From Podarcis tiliguerta (Eukaryota), in NCBI GenBank assembly GCA_965153285.1, contig OZ229117.1: 64,000 nucleotides of DNA. The stretch is one strand, 5' to 3'. The translations under genes and the position numbers were made by a program. The notes beneath the pieces were generated by a model. The model ran no database searches and had not been told where the DNA came from. It saw only the letters and a list, made by a program, of their open reading frames with translations. Positions 1 through 11,448 of the stretch are shown one piece after another; positions within the stretch are counted from its first letter, which is position 1; each line of letters begins with the position of its first letter.

Positions 1-818
1 ACTTCATTAAATCACTCTCTGTTTTGCCAGCTCTGGTTTATAATCAGGACTGAGAGCATTGAGTCTTGCTCCGGGAAACCAGTTTGGTCTGCAAGCTGAG
101 TTCTGGTGGGCTTGTATGCATGATGGGCTGTGGTAATGGCACAAATAAGGGAGTTAATGATGTGTTTTTCAAAATGTGACAATAACACTTTTGATTGTTA
201 AGTAAATATTGCATGCAAAATTACAAGGCTAACAAGATGCGACTTTTGCTTTCTGGCTTAGCATCGCATCACAGAAATTCTCCTTCTGAACACCTCAGCA
301 GTTGGGAAAGGTATTGGATTTTACACTAACCTTTGCTGCTGCTTTCATAGAGGCTGAATGGCATCTCAGATACAGATACAAAGCCTGCTCTTCATTATTT
401 TGCTTAGGGTTCCCAGCACTCCTGGGCTAACTGGTAGCAAGGGGCTTTCTTTGAACCACTTTCCTGACCCTCTTTCCAGGCCATTAGAGCTGCTTAGGCA
501 CACTTCTTGGCCAACTGCTGCTGCTACCTTCTTATTGTGCCTCTTCCACTTCAGGCTGATAAGCCATCCTGAGACACAGGGCTGCAGAAAGGACAACACA
601 GGCAAGTGAAAATGATGGAGTCTGAAGTAGATAAGCTTCCTCATCTTCTGGTCCTGCCGTCATATTTCTCCAGGGATACCAAAGCTCTGGAGGTGCTCCA
701 GATGGAACTTACAGCTGTGAGGATTGTGGGAGGGTGGATTTGGTCAAGGCACGTATATCTGTAGCAGACGACTGGAGAAATGCAACAAGCCTCTGTAAAT
801 GGTAGGCTGGCATTAGGA

Positions 819-2538
819 CCTTACCAGAACTAACCTATTTATTCCAAACCCTTCCAATATAGATTCCCCCAACCCAATTCCAGAAGTAGCAGAAAAAACT
901 ACACTCATTTATTTTCTCACACAAAAAGCCAAGAATAAGTCCCAAATACCTGCACCTCCTCTCCTCAGAAGGAGAATGGGGAATCCCCAACATAGAATCA
1001 TATCACATCACCAACCAGGTATGCCACATAGTCCTGTATATTCTAGAAGATGAGATGAAACAATGGGTCTACTTGGAGAGAGATGCCATTGAAAACATCC
1101 CCACAACAGCATACCCATTTTGCCAAAACAAATAAAAGAAAATTCCCACAAAACTGAACAGGTTCACACAGTCCATGCTTAAAGCATGAAAGGGAAAAGT
1201 AGGCAAACTATCCCCATCCCCACTAAGCCCCCTGGCCTGTCACCCACTATTCCAACACACAGCACAAAACCTCCAGATAGAAACCTGGCAAGCCAAAGGC
1301 CTACACTCTCTAAAAGACTTCTACTACAACAAAAAACCCATAGCAACACAAGAAATATATGGCAAACTAGGGGACACCCAAATACCTTCACTAACACACC
1401 ATCGACTACATGCCTTCTTAAACAAACCAGCAGTAAAATCAGCAGCCACTAGGCCCTTGAACAACTTCGAAAACCTTCTCCTGACAGCAGAGGGACATGG
1501 CAAACAGATGGTATCCACAATATACAAAATACCTCTCCAAAATCCCACAAACCCCCTTGACACAATCAAAGAACAATGGGAGCATGACGTAGACTATGAA
1601 ATTAACCCCACCCAATGGACCTCACATTAAGTCCATATCAGCCCAAAGAAGGGAACTCACTCCGAAACTCACCTACAGGTGGTACTTAACACCACAGAAA
1701 TTGGCACTGATACGCCCAAGAACCTCACCAAGATGTTGGATATGCTGCACCTCCACAGGCACATACCTCCATATGTGGTGGGAATGCCCTAAAATCCAAC
1801 CCTTCTGGACAGCAGTCCTGCTAGAGATATGCAAAATAACCAATCAGATATTAGAACTCACCCCAAAACTGGCCCTACTGAACATCTTTAAAGATCATAA
1901 TGACCATTCACATTATTCAGAGCTTATAACCCACCTACTCTCAGCATCCAGAAGCCTCATAGCCAGACACTGGAAAGACCTGTCAGTAGTAAACATGGAC
2001 TAATGGTATCAAATTGTATGGGAAACGGCCTTACTAGAAAAGCTAACCAAAAACTGAAACTTACCCAGGGACAAATAGAAGAGAACGCCTTCACCCCAGT
2101 ATGGCTCCCCTTTATCACATACACAGCCCAACAAGACAATAAGAATCTACCAACAGCATACAAATCAATCTGGCTTACCTAACCCAACAAGCCGTCCCTC
2201 CCTCACAAATGCAAACAAACCCCAATGCAGCCAGCCACAGACAACCAACACCCTGCCCCCCAATACCTCTCACTACCAAGAAAATGTAATAAACGAATAG
2301 AAAGAGAACCTACCCAGCTGACGGGTACATAAAACCCCACACGTACACTATACAAGAGAATATAAACCTCACCACCCCACCCCTCTTCTTCCCCAACCTT
2401 ATACTGTACTCAACACGAATGTCTCACAACAAATGTAACTGATTTGTAAGAAAGCCTGTACAACCTGAAAATAAGAGACAACACATGTACTTTTGTAAAC
2501 CAAGAAAATGTTTAATAAAAATAATTTTGAAAAAAAAC
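819..2538 (+). mobile_element. 5'-truncated, degenerate L1-clade LINE (ORF2 C-terminal part, 3' UTR and A-rich tail)
   Basis: Translation from about 821 gives LPELTYLFQTLPI..KKPRISPKYL..EGEWGIPNIESY. ORF 1596-2003 has LTYRWYLTPQKL..RCWICC..GTYLHMWWECPKIQPFW, the L1 ORF2 C-terminal Cys/His motif. The element ends AATAAAAATAATTTTGAAAAAAAA and carries stops and frameshifts. Confidence 0.85.
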
Positions 2539-3059
2539 AACAGTTGGGTTAATGCACATATTAAAATTGGAGGCATATGTGCTCCCACACACACACACCC
2601 CAACCTTGGCATCAATTTAGTAACATAGATGAAAAGTTCTAAAAGAGATCTTAAATGCCATTTACATCTCCTGACACAGAAGCCAGGATTAATTATACTA
2701 AAAAATAGATTTACATCCAGGCTGGGGACGCCTGCACATCCCTTGTGGGAATCAGTTCTCCAACCCAATTAAGCATATGGCTTCCTACTGACATTTAAAT
2801 TTACCTTTTTGAAGTACAGGCCAGTTCCCTCTTGTCCTTTTCCTCATGCAGAAAAGCCAATCTGCATACCCTTTCTAATAATACTTTACACATTTGAACA
2901 CTTTTGCCAGGGAGGTTTTATGGGAGCTTTGTTTTTGCTAGACCAAAATGTATCTTGTTCATTTCCACTTCTTCAGATAGCTTGATGTTGAGATGGGGGA
3001 ACCATGGTGTACATAGTCATTTTTAAGTTTGGGAAATACTGAACTTGCAGCAAATGAAT

Positions 3060-3125
3060 TGTTGTCCTCCCATTTTACAAGTGGCAAAATGAGGCCAAGA
3101 GAAAGGCTGGTCAAGGACATCCAGT
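3060..3125 (-). mobile_element. old MIR/CORE-type SINE remnant
   Basis: CCCATTTTACAAGTGGCAAAATGAGGC resembles the CORE motif CCCATTTTACAGATGAGGAAACTGAGGC. Confidence 0.4.
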
Positions 3126-3306
3126 TGAGCCCATGGCCAATCCTGATAAATATCATAATTATGCATGTCGCATATCCTTTGTTCAAAGGAGCCATTTGCT
3201 CAGAGATTTGGGCAGCCCTTTCCCATCAGCTGATATTCACACTCCTTCAAGGCCTCCTCTCTCCTTTTACATTCATGGCTTGTTTGGAAGAAAAACATCT
3301 AGGACG

Positions 3307-4656
3307 TCAAAAGGCTACTAAGAGAATTCTCAGCTTACTGCAGGAGAGATCAATTGGTGGTTAATCACCAAAAAACTAAAGTCATGGTCTTCGCTAGGAG
3401 ACACAGACATCACAGATGGGAGATGGACAATCAGCCAATAGAACAGGTCAAAATTTTCAAATACCTCGGAGTAGTTTTCCAGTCAACAGGGGCCTGGGAG
3501 GCCCACCATAAATATGCTAGGGAAAAAGCATCTCAAAGCGTCAAAATACTGTCTCGCTTTTACTTTACGAAGGGGGGCAGACATATCCCAGCAGCTTTGG
3601 AGGTCTTTCAAGCAAAACCCTTGGCACAACTACTCTACGGGGCCCAAATCTGGACGGGAAATCATTGCCGCACACTCGAAACGGTCCAGTCTAAATTCCT
3701 AAGACAGATTCTAGCCGTTCCATCATGCGTACCAAATGCGGCCCTACGGCTGGAGACCGGCCTCCTCTCCGTCGAGACCCGGACCTGGATAAGAACATTC
3801 AACTATTGGCTTCGTTTAAATTTAAACCCATCCGGACTATTACCTCTAGTAGCACGAGACGCTCATAGAAGTCGGTGGTCCAAAGTAGTGCATCAAAAAC
3901 TACTTACATGTGGCCTACAAGCACAGCATCTCCTGAAAGTGGGTCTCCCCAAGGCAAAAACCATTATCGATCAGCGCTTGAAGGATATTGAGCAGCAGAA
4001 TAATCTGGCCTATATTAAGAAATTTAGTGCTTGGTACGCTTATCTGCCCCCCTCCCATTTTGATTTTCGGGCACCTTATTTGTCTACCTTAACCATTCCA
4101 AAACTTAGGCGGGCCTTTACACTGGCCAGACTAAATATGTTACCGTCAGCTGTTCTTGAAGGTAGATATCAAAAAATTCCATTTGAGAACCGGCTCTGCC
4201 CCTGTGGAGCTGGCTATGCAGAGACGGCGTCACACGTTCTCTTGTCTTGCTCCCTATATAAAGATCTCAGGGACGAGACCATCACGCCGCTCCTATCTGC
4301 CATCCCCGGCCGCTCTTGCGAAGCCAAATTGTGCTCACTTCTAGCCGACCAGAACAGCTCGACAACAGAGAAGGTTGCCAAATTTATCGAGAGAGCAATG
4401 AGACTGAGAGCTGGTATCTGAATGATATCAGTGTGGTCACCCGGATTCCTCGTCTGGGTTTTTATGATTATTATCATTATGTTTTATTATTATTATTTTA
4501 TTACTTCTGCCAAGTTTTAAGTACTGAGATTATTAATTTACCTAGGGCTTTAATAGGTCACAAGATTTTAACTATATTTGTAATGTACTTCTGTTGGTGT
4601 TTGTCCTTTGATGCTATGGCCTGTTGGCTATGCAAATAAAGTTTTATTCATTCATT
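3307..4656 (+). mobile_element. young 5'-truncated RTE-X-like LINE with 11-bp TSD
   Basis: Identical CATCTAGGACG at 3296-3306 and 4657-4667. The 3' end is AATAAA followed by (ATTC)n. The ORF is uninterrupted. Confidence 0.85.
3309..4421 (+). CDS. C-terminal part of a non-LTR retrotransposon polyprotein (end of RT, thumb and CCHC-like knuckle), RTE-X-like; no native start
   Basis: The frame is open from 3309: KRLLREFSAYC..LVVNHQKTKVMVF..IEQVKIFKYLGV..LLYGAQIW..FLRQILAVP..RLETG..ENRLCPC..ETASHVLLSCSLYKDLR. Confidence 0.8.
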   Translation, partial: KRLLREFSAYCRRDQLVVNHQKTKVMVFARRHRHHRWEMDNQPIEQVKIFKYLGVVFQSTGAWEAHHKYAREKASQSVKILSRFYFTKGGRHIPAALEVFQAKPLAQLLYGAQIWTGNHCRTLETVQSKFLRQILAVPSCVPNAALRLETGLLSVETRTWIRTFNYWLRLNLNPSGLLPLVARDAHRSRWSKVVHQKLLTCGLQAQHLLKVGLPKAKTIIDQRLKDIEQQNNLAYIKKFSAWYAYLPPSHFDFRAPYLSTLTIPKLRRAFTLARLNMLPSAVLEGRYQKIPFENRLCPCGAGYAETASHVLLSCSLYKDLRDETITPLLSAIPGRSCEAKLCSLLADQNSSTTEKVAKFIERAMRLRAGI

Positions 4657-4742
4657 CATCTAGGACGCCAAATTTGGATGTCAGGACATACCAGGCAGAC
4701 CATTGTTGTTGTTGTTGCTGCTGCTGCTGTTATACCCTGTTT

Positions 4743-5480
4743 TCATAGACGCACAGAACTGCAGAGCTGGAAGAGATCCCCAAGGATCATCTAGTACAAC
4801 TTCCTGCAATGCAGAAATCACAGCTAAAGAAGCCCTGACAGATGGCCATCCAAGACCTCCAGTGGAGGAGAGTCCACCATCTTCTGAGACAGTTTGTTCT
4901 ACAGTTGAACAGCTCTTACCATCAGGAAGTTCTTCCCAGTGTTTAGCTGGAATCTCATTTCTTGTCATTGAATCCATTAGATCAGGTCCTCCCCTCTGGT
5001 GAAGCAGAAAACAAGCTTACTCCATTTCCCATGTGACAGCCCTTTAGATACTGAAGACGGTTATCATTAAGGTTACCAGATTTTTTTCAATGAATCCAGG
5101 GACACTTTTCAACTTCCTACTAAATAGATGGATTTTGCCAGGGGACTGATTTGTAAATCCGGGGACTGACCCCGGGAAATGGGGACATCTGGTAACCTTA
5201 GTTATCACATCACATCTTCTCTTCTCTATGCTGAACATACCCATCTCCCTCAACCATTCCTCATATGGCTTGGTTTCCAGGCCCTTGATCATCTTGGTCA
5301 CCCTACTCAGCACACCTTCTCGCTTGTCTATATCCTTCTTAAACTGTGGTGCCCAGAACTGGATACTGGACTGCAGTTGGGGTCTGATTAAGGCAGAATA
5401 GAGTGTACTTTTACTTCCCTTTCTGAACACTATACTTCCATTAATGCAGCATAGAATTGCATTAGCTTTATTTGCAACTA
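4743..5480 (-). mobile_element. CR1 LINE 3' fragment, interrupted by a hAT MITE
   Basis: ORF 5044-5430(-) reads LYSALIRPQLQSSIQFWAPQFKKDIDK..RVTKMIKGLETKPYEEWL, the CR1 ORF2 end. A CR1-type 3' UTR and tail start near 4743. Confidence 0.85.
5068..5200. mobile_element. 133-bp non-autonomous hAT MITE (Blackjack-like termini)
   Basis: Perfect 13-bp TIR TAAGGTTACCAGA / TCTGGTAACCTTA. 8-bp TSD GTTATCAT (5060-5067) / GTTATCAC (5201-5208). Repeated internal GGGAC motifs. Confidence 0.85.
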
Positions 5481-7122
5481 CATTGCTCTTGTTTCTGAGC
5501 AGGGCAGCTGGTGCCAGTGAGTAGCATTAAAGAAACTTTTAAGCATGCTGCTTGTTCAAATGAAACCATAGTCTTGTTTTTAGCTATGGTTTGGTATGGT
5601 GTTCAAACTTGGCCAAAGAGATGTTAAATGTTTTTTTAAAAAATAATAATACCGTGCTTCTGTTTCTAAATGTATTTATTGCCTTTGAAGAAAAGGGCTA
5701 AATATTCAAATAAAAAAAAAAGTTTACTCTCCTTTCTAAAGTCATTGGCACCATTTCTTCTGTGCAAATGCTTTTGCTCCCCCTTATGGCTGAGAAGGCC
5801 AAAAGTTTTCCATCTGGCTCAGAGCTTGTTCATATCCAGCCGAGGCGGCAGGAACTTGTCAACAGCGATAAATCCTAACGTAACCTTAATGGCTAAGCAG
5901 TTTAAACTTGAAATTGCATAATTCGATGAAAAGGATCAAGCCAACTAACCTCATTTCCTCAGACCTACAATCGGGTCGAACACAGAAAATTAATTAGGAA
6001 GCAATTCCAATACTTGTAAAATAATTAACGGAGCCCCCAAGTCGAGCAGGCCAGAACCCACATGCATGGCTCGGCGTTTTTGTTTGTTGTCAAGCCTGCC
6101 TATAATTAAGTTGTACAATGCCAAACTGGGATTATACCTAGCTCCTCTCCCCCTCCCTCAAATTAAGCAGCTCTTTCAAAGCCCAGCGATAGATACAGCT
6201 AATTCATTTAAATTCTCATTTCAAGGGAGACATTTCATTTCAAGTTTGGTGCCTAATTACTTGGCCTAAACCCAACTCCTCTGCCATTTTCAAATAAAGA
6301 GATGCTTTCAAACCTCTACAACCCTTTAATTTTCTTTTCCTTTAAATGCTAATAAAGACACAAACCATCAAGAAAGTCCCAGGTTGAATTTAAAACAAAA
6401 AACCAGTACCACTTTTGACAGCCTATCTCTATAGTTCAATGGAGATTTGTTTGCATACCCATATAACTAAGGATCTGGATTTGTTCTGCAACCCTTCGTA
6501 ATTCCCAACATTATCTTTTGTTGGAACTTCATTGAGAAAAGTAATGATTTGGGTATAAGATGAATACTTTTCCTGATTTTTGGCAGTCCTGGGCTTTATC
6601 CTCCATGAATGGAGTCCAGAGAGCATACACATAACCAAGGAAGCTACCTGAAGCAGAAAACCCATTTCAGCTTCTATTTCAGCACAGTTTAGCCATGGAG
6701 AGGTATCCATTGTGCTCAATCCAGCTGCCCAGGTAGCCCACCACCAGGATGCCTTTGTGATGAGCAGGGACACTAATGCCAATGATGTTCTCCTTGGCAC
6801 CTTCTTGGTGACTAACGCTCAATACCCAGCGCCACTAGTGTGCCTAAGCCACCCCAGTAGATCTGCAGCGTTTCCTTGATCAATCACAGTATTACTTTTA
6901 AAAACATTCGGATTAACTAAATCAGATTGCACATGGCGAATATTGTATTTAGTTATAATACAACCAATTGCAAGTTCAAGAGCAGGATACACAACATTTA
7001 TGTGTCATCCAGAAATGAAAAATTATCCTAGAGGTTTCATTGCTTGCTTGCTTGCTTGCTTGATTAATTGATGTACTAAAACTGATGTGATTGACTAAGA
7101 CGTCTTTCATCATGTGACAGCC

Positions 7123-7250
7123 ATAAGAACATCAGAAGAGCCTGCTGGTGGGTCAAGCCAGTGGGCCAACGAGTTCAGCATCCTGTTCTCTCAGTGCCCA
7201 AGCAGGTTCCTGTGGGAAACCTGCAAGCAAGATTTGAGCACAAGAGCTTT
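7123..7250 (-). mobile_element. CR1-type 3' end with (TTCTTATG)-type tail
   Basis: CATAAGAACATCAGAAGAGCCTGCTGG..CAGCATCCTGTTCTC. The same family occurs at 17530-17670, 19730-20150, 36530-36912, 50516-50890 and 58245-58320. Confidence 0.65.
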
Positions 7251-7289
7251 GAAAAACTGGCAATATCAATGAACTAATAGTTGGTGGAT

Positions 7290-7590
7290 TGTTTTGGAGT
7301 GCCATTTTAAAGGAACAAGAAGAACATACGTTTAGAGAAGATTGGGAAATGTTTATTGAATAGATGGGGGGAATTGTGTACACTTGAAAATGTTGTCAGC
7401 ATTAAGATAAATTCAACAGTGTAAATAAGTTTTGATGGATGTAATAATGGAACACTGAATGGTTTAGTTTATGTAAAATATGCAAGGATTTATGATATGG
7501 AAAATGAACCATGGAAAGTGAAGAAAGGAAGTCATTGATATTTTAAGGAGGTTTAAATGAGTATTCTGAATTGTAAAACAGAAAATTTAA

Positions 7591-7592
<2 letters not shown>
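7290..7592 (+). mobile_element. L1-clade 3' end (second family)
   Basis: Translates ..EEHTFREDWEMFIE.., an L1 ORF2 terminus, followed by an AT-rich 3' UTR running into a (TA)n tail. Confidence 0.55.

Positions 7593-7635
<43 letters not shown>
7593..7635. repeat. (TA)n microsatellite
   Basis: Directly visible. Confidence 0.95.
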
Positions 7636-7638
<3 letters not shown>

Positions 7639-7926
7639 GAATTTGTTTATGATTAGTAGAAATGATTGCTTTGTTGAAATCCATAGGGCACTTCATAATT
7701 TCAGTAGCTGTGGGGGTTGAGCTTATCTTGTAAGGGAGCTGGAGGCCTTTAAAGTGTGCTGCTTTCTTCCTATTGAACTTTTCTTCAGTCTCCTGCACTC
7801 TCCCCAGCTGCCTGGGCTTCCTGAGTTGAACAAGCCCTAGCAGAGGACTCAATCATTTAATGTATCAGCACAAACAATTTGGAACTCCCTGCATAATGAT
7901 ACGAGGCAGGCACCTCCACTGGTTGG

Positions 7927-7927
7927 T

Positions 7928-7963
<36 letters not shown>
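7927..7963. repeat. (GTT)n microsatellite
   Basis: Directly visible. Confidence 0.95.
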
Positions 7964-7964
<1 letters not shown>

Positions 7965-7982
7965 GCCTCCTGAAGACATTCT

Positions 7983-8628
7983 TGTGAGAATGTTCAGGGT
8001 GGCAGGAAAGGATATATTGTTTATTAATATCCTTCCTAACTTGCACTAACAAGTTCCTTTACTTAGCAGAGTGTGTTCCCCTTTACACAGCAGAAAACTA
8101 GTTGCAAACTCGTGTGAGTTTCCTAAGACAATACGTAATTCAGTCTGGCTTGTCCAGATTGAAATGTGTTCTAATATTTTCCTGGTAAGACCCCTTGAAT
8201 CCCTCCTAAAAGAATAAAGACACCACAGTCTTATTCATAAGCAATAAAAAGAAAGTTTACTCACGACCAATGCAGAGCACAGTGTGATCCCTGAAAGCAG
8301 GCTTTAGGCTTAAAGTTACAAACATGTACAGACAGGTTTACCCCATAAGGGAGATGACCTGGGGGACTGCTTGGCTGGCAACCAGCAGTTCATTCCAGGA
8401 AGCTCGCAGGACGAAAGGAAGATGGAAAAGAGAGCGTGGCAGCATGCCTTGGCCTTTTACCAGGTCAGGCAAGGTCACGCCCACCCACTACTCATATGCA
8501 AGGAAGGATGCTCTAGGCCAGGCGGAACAGGAAGTTTTGACTGGCTGGACCAAACATTCCTTTGCATGTCCACTCTAGCAAAACAAGGAATGTTGTGTTT
8601 GATTGCTCCCAGTGAATTACATACCACA
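7983..8628. mobile_element. solo LTR, family B (TGTG..CACA)
   Basis: TG..CA termini and 5-bp TSD ATTCT/CTTCT. Colinear similarity to 33346-33952 (shared GAATGTTCAGGG..GGATATATTG, CCCTCCTAAAAG, AGTTTACTCAC, CATGTCCACTCTAG). Confidence 0.7.
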
Positions 8629-8972
8629 CTTCTTGTTTAGATAAGCCTACTCCAATGTTTAGAAAGTTTGTAGGAGTTTTCATTTGTTTTAGTCTGTTTT
8701 ATTGCAGTTTAAATCTCCTGCATGTTTAAATCACAGCTGTAATTTTTTTTTTGCGATAATGTTATTATTTTATCTTGTAAACTGCTCTGAGGTGTGTGTT
8801 TTTTCCCTGCAACCAAGCAGTATATTACTTTTATTAACCAAATAAATAAATCTCATTACATCTGCCCCTGATTGAACTGCCCAGAGGTCTATGGATGAAG
8901 GGTGGTATTAAAAAAAGTCATGAAGGCTTAATAGTGAGCTGAATTTGTTCCTTTTACCCCTATGTGAAACAA

Positions 8973-9008
8973 TCATCACCATCATCATCATCATCATCAT
9001 CATCATCA
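8973..9008. repeat. (CAT)n microsatellite
   Basis: Directly visible. Confidence 0.95.
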
Positions 9009-9842
9009 CTTTAAAAACCACTAACAATAGACAGTTGCCATGTGTATGGTAGGCAGCCTCTCCAGTTTCCCATGTATATTGTGGGTTTTTTAGGAAACAT
9101 TGGGGCACAATGGAAAGCTGCAGAGCATAGACTGCTTAAGAGATGATTTGCAGAATTTCAGGAACACCCCTCGGCCACTTCAAAAGTAAAGTGAACCCAG
9201 CAACAACAGCTGCACCACAGAGAGACTCCATTAATTTGACTGATTTTTTTCAGTGACTTTTCTTTTCTCACTAATGGATAGAGGATGGTAAAATAAACAA
9301 AAATAATAATGTGAAGGAGATATTTTTGGCACGGAACTAGCAGCCATTGATTTCTTTAAGGACCTCTTTGAATCTCAAGACCTCTTTGAATCTCAAATGT
9401 GACCCAGAATCTCATGCAGGGGAGGAGTTCTTTAAAGCCTTTGGTCCTACACGAGAAAACAAGAAATCAATTTATGGCAAAGATTACATTAAAAAATATA
9501 TAATTAAGCCATGTTGTAGTGTTGGTTGTTGCAAAGTGCTGAGCTGCAAAGAGGAGAATAGATTGTTATTAATTTCCATTCATGAAGCTTAGCAGAATTT
9601 GCCAAAAGGCAATTAACAGTATTATAAATGCACTCATCAGTAAGACCACAGGATGTATATCAGATTGATGCCAATATAAACTTTACCTTCCAACAAAGTG
9701 GCTTAAAGAAAGTAAATGAAATCCGATATTTAAAAAATTCTTACACTTTTTAAAAAAACATTGGAATGGTGAAGAAAAAAAACCACAATGTAAAAAAAAA
9801 GGGGGGGGGAGACAACTTACAGCCCTAATAGTTAAGGATAGT

Positions 9843-10203
9843 TACAGGTAGGTAGCCGTGTTGGTCTGCCATAGTCGAAACAATATAAAAAAAATCCTTC
9901 CATTAGCACCTAAGAGACCAACTAAGTTTGTTATTGGTGTGAGCTTTTGTGTGTATGCACACTTCTTCAGATACACTGAAAAAGAAGTCACAACCAGACA
10001 CTTATATATAGTGAGAGGGTGGGGAGGGGTGTTACTCAGAAGGGTGGTGGGAATGGGTGATTGGCTGATAGGTGTGGTAAACCTGTTGAGGACTGTTAAC
10101 GACTGCAATTGGTCTTACTGGAAAAAGCAAGGGGTGAGATGGCTAAAAATAGCTTTATCACGTATAATGAAATAAGAATCCAATGTCTATTCAGACCAGG
10201 TTC
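9843..10203 (-). mobile_element. Penelope-like element 3' fragment (end of GIY-YIG ORF plus pLTR)
   Basis: The minus strand reads GGTCTGAATAGACATTGGATTCTTATTTCATTAT, a frameshifted GLNRDIGFL.HY terminus. It has the typical GTAGCCGTGTTGGTCTG end and is flanked by the 9-bp direct repeat AAGGATAGT (9834-9842, 10204-10212). Confidence 0.75.
9936..9975 (-). ncRNA. degenerate minimal type I hammerhead ribozyme motif within the Penelope pLTR
   Basis: Minus strand GTAT-CTGAAGA-AGTGTG CATA CACAC-AAAA-GCTCA-CAC. The CUGANGA box and stem II are intact, but the GAAA box reads AAAA. Confidence 0.6.
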
Positions 10204-10330
10204 AAGGATAGTATTTATTTAGGTGAATTACAGATGGCCCAATAAGTATGGAGCCAAGAAGGAGGTGAACTTTTACAGACATCTTCACTTAAAGTATGAC
10301 GGTGTAGTTATTTCGTTTTATGATGTCATT

Positions 10331-10452
10331 TGTTGGCATCCAACACTAGTCTTACTCAGAGTAGACCCATTAAGGCTAACAAACATGGCTAACTTAGGTT
10401 CGTTAATTTCAGCGAGTCTACTCTCAATTAAGACTAGCATTGACTACAACCC
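10331..10452. mobile_element. palindromic MITE-like element
   Basis: Arms CTAGTCTTACTCAGAGTAGAC (10346-10366) and GTCTACTCTCAATTAAGACTAG (10416-10437) are imperfect reverse complements. Confidence 0.6.
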
Positions 10453-11199
10453 ATCATCATCTATCTCGTTTATTGTCTAATTGAAATTATAATTATTATT
10501 TTACTGTTTTATTTATTAATTTCCATTATTAATTGCTTTCTCTAAGAACATCCTGAAATGATAATAGAACTATTATACCCTACTCTGAGACCCACACGTG
10601 CAGAACAGGTAGGAAAGAGATGCACCTAATGAATAAACAAACACAAAATCCAATGCTGCAATTTCTTAGCTATTGGAACACTGTTTTGCATGCACATATT
10701 TAACCCTGAAGGGTTGGTTTGCAAGAAACAGAACATGGGGTAGCTGTGTGTTTCAGGCAGGCATCTTTGCCCCAGACTCCAGTAAATCCCCACCAGGGAG
10801 TTCAGCCCCACCAGACCTCTTGATCTGTGTCAAATGCCTCCTGCTTCTCCGAGGTCCTGATTCTGCTCCTTTCCTTCACCTAGTCGGTCATGCTTCTTAT
10901 GTCAGGCTTCCAAACTGATCTGGCTGCCTTCTGGAGTACGCCTAGGTGGCTGCGAAACCATCTGGTGCTGTTTAAGAAACAGTCTGAACGGCTGGGCTTG
11001 AAATTCATCACAGTTAGATTGGAGCAGGTAAAGGGCAACCAGAGACAGCAGAAGCCGCAAGGAAGAACATGGCAAGGGCAGGCAGCTCTCCAGAAGGGTC
11101 AACTTTCAGGTGGGGAGGAGATGAGAAGCTGGTCCATGCAAGGCAGCACATGATGCACTGGAGACTGGGGAGGGGGCAGTGTTCAGGGGCTCTCGGCAA

Positions 11200-11375
11200 A
11201 GCAGCATACGAAGCTGCTTTATACATTGGTCCATCTAGCTCAGTATTGTCTACACTGACAGTGGCTCCCCAGCATTTCAGGCAAGAGTGTCTTCTAGTCC
11301 TCTCTGGAGATGCCAAGGATTTAATGTGGGACCTTCTGCATCCAAGGCAGATGCTCCACCACTGGGCTACGTTCC
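11200..11375 (-). mobile_element. tRNA-derived SINE with CR1-like tail (Squam2-like)
   Basis: Minus-strand head GTAGCCCAGTGGTGGAGCATCTGCCTTGGATGCAGAAGGTCCC, body GTCAGTGTAGACAATACTGAGCTAGATGGACCAATG. Confidence 0.65.
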
Positions 11376-11448
11376 TTCCCCTCTGGTCAGAGAAAATACT
11401 CCTCTGGGGGGGGGGGGGATGAAGAGTTAGGGATGTGGGTGTATAATT

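Noticed and set aside
3354-4421. Host or domesticated gene
   Set aside because: It starts mid-RT exactly at the TSD boundary and ends with a retrotransposon tail, so the open frame is best explained by youth.
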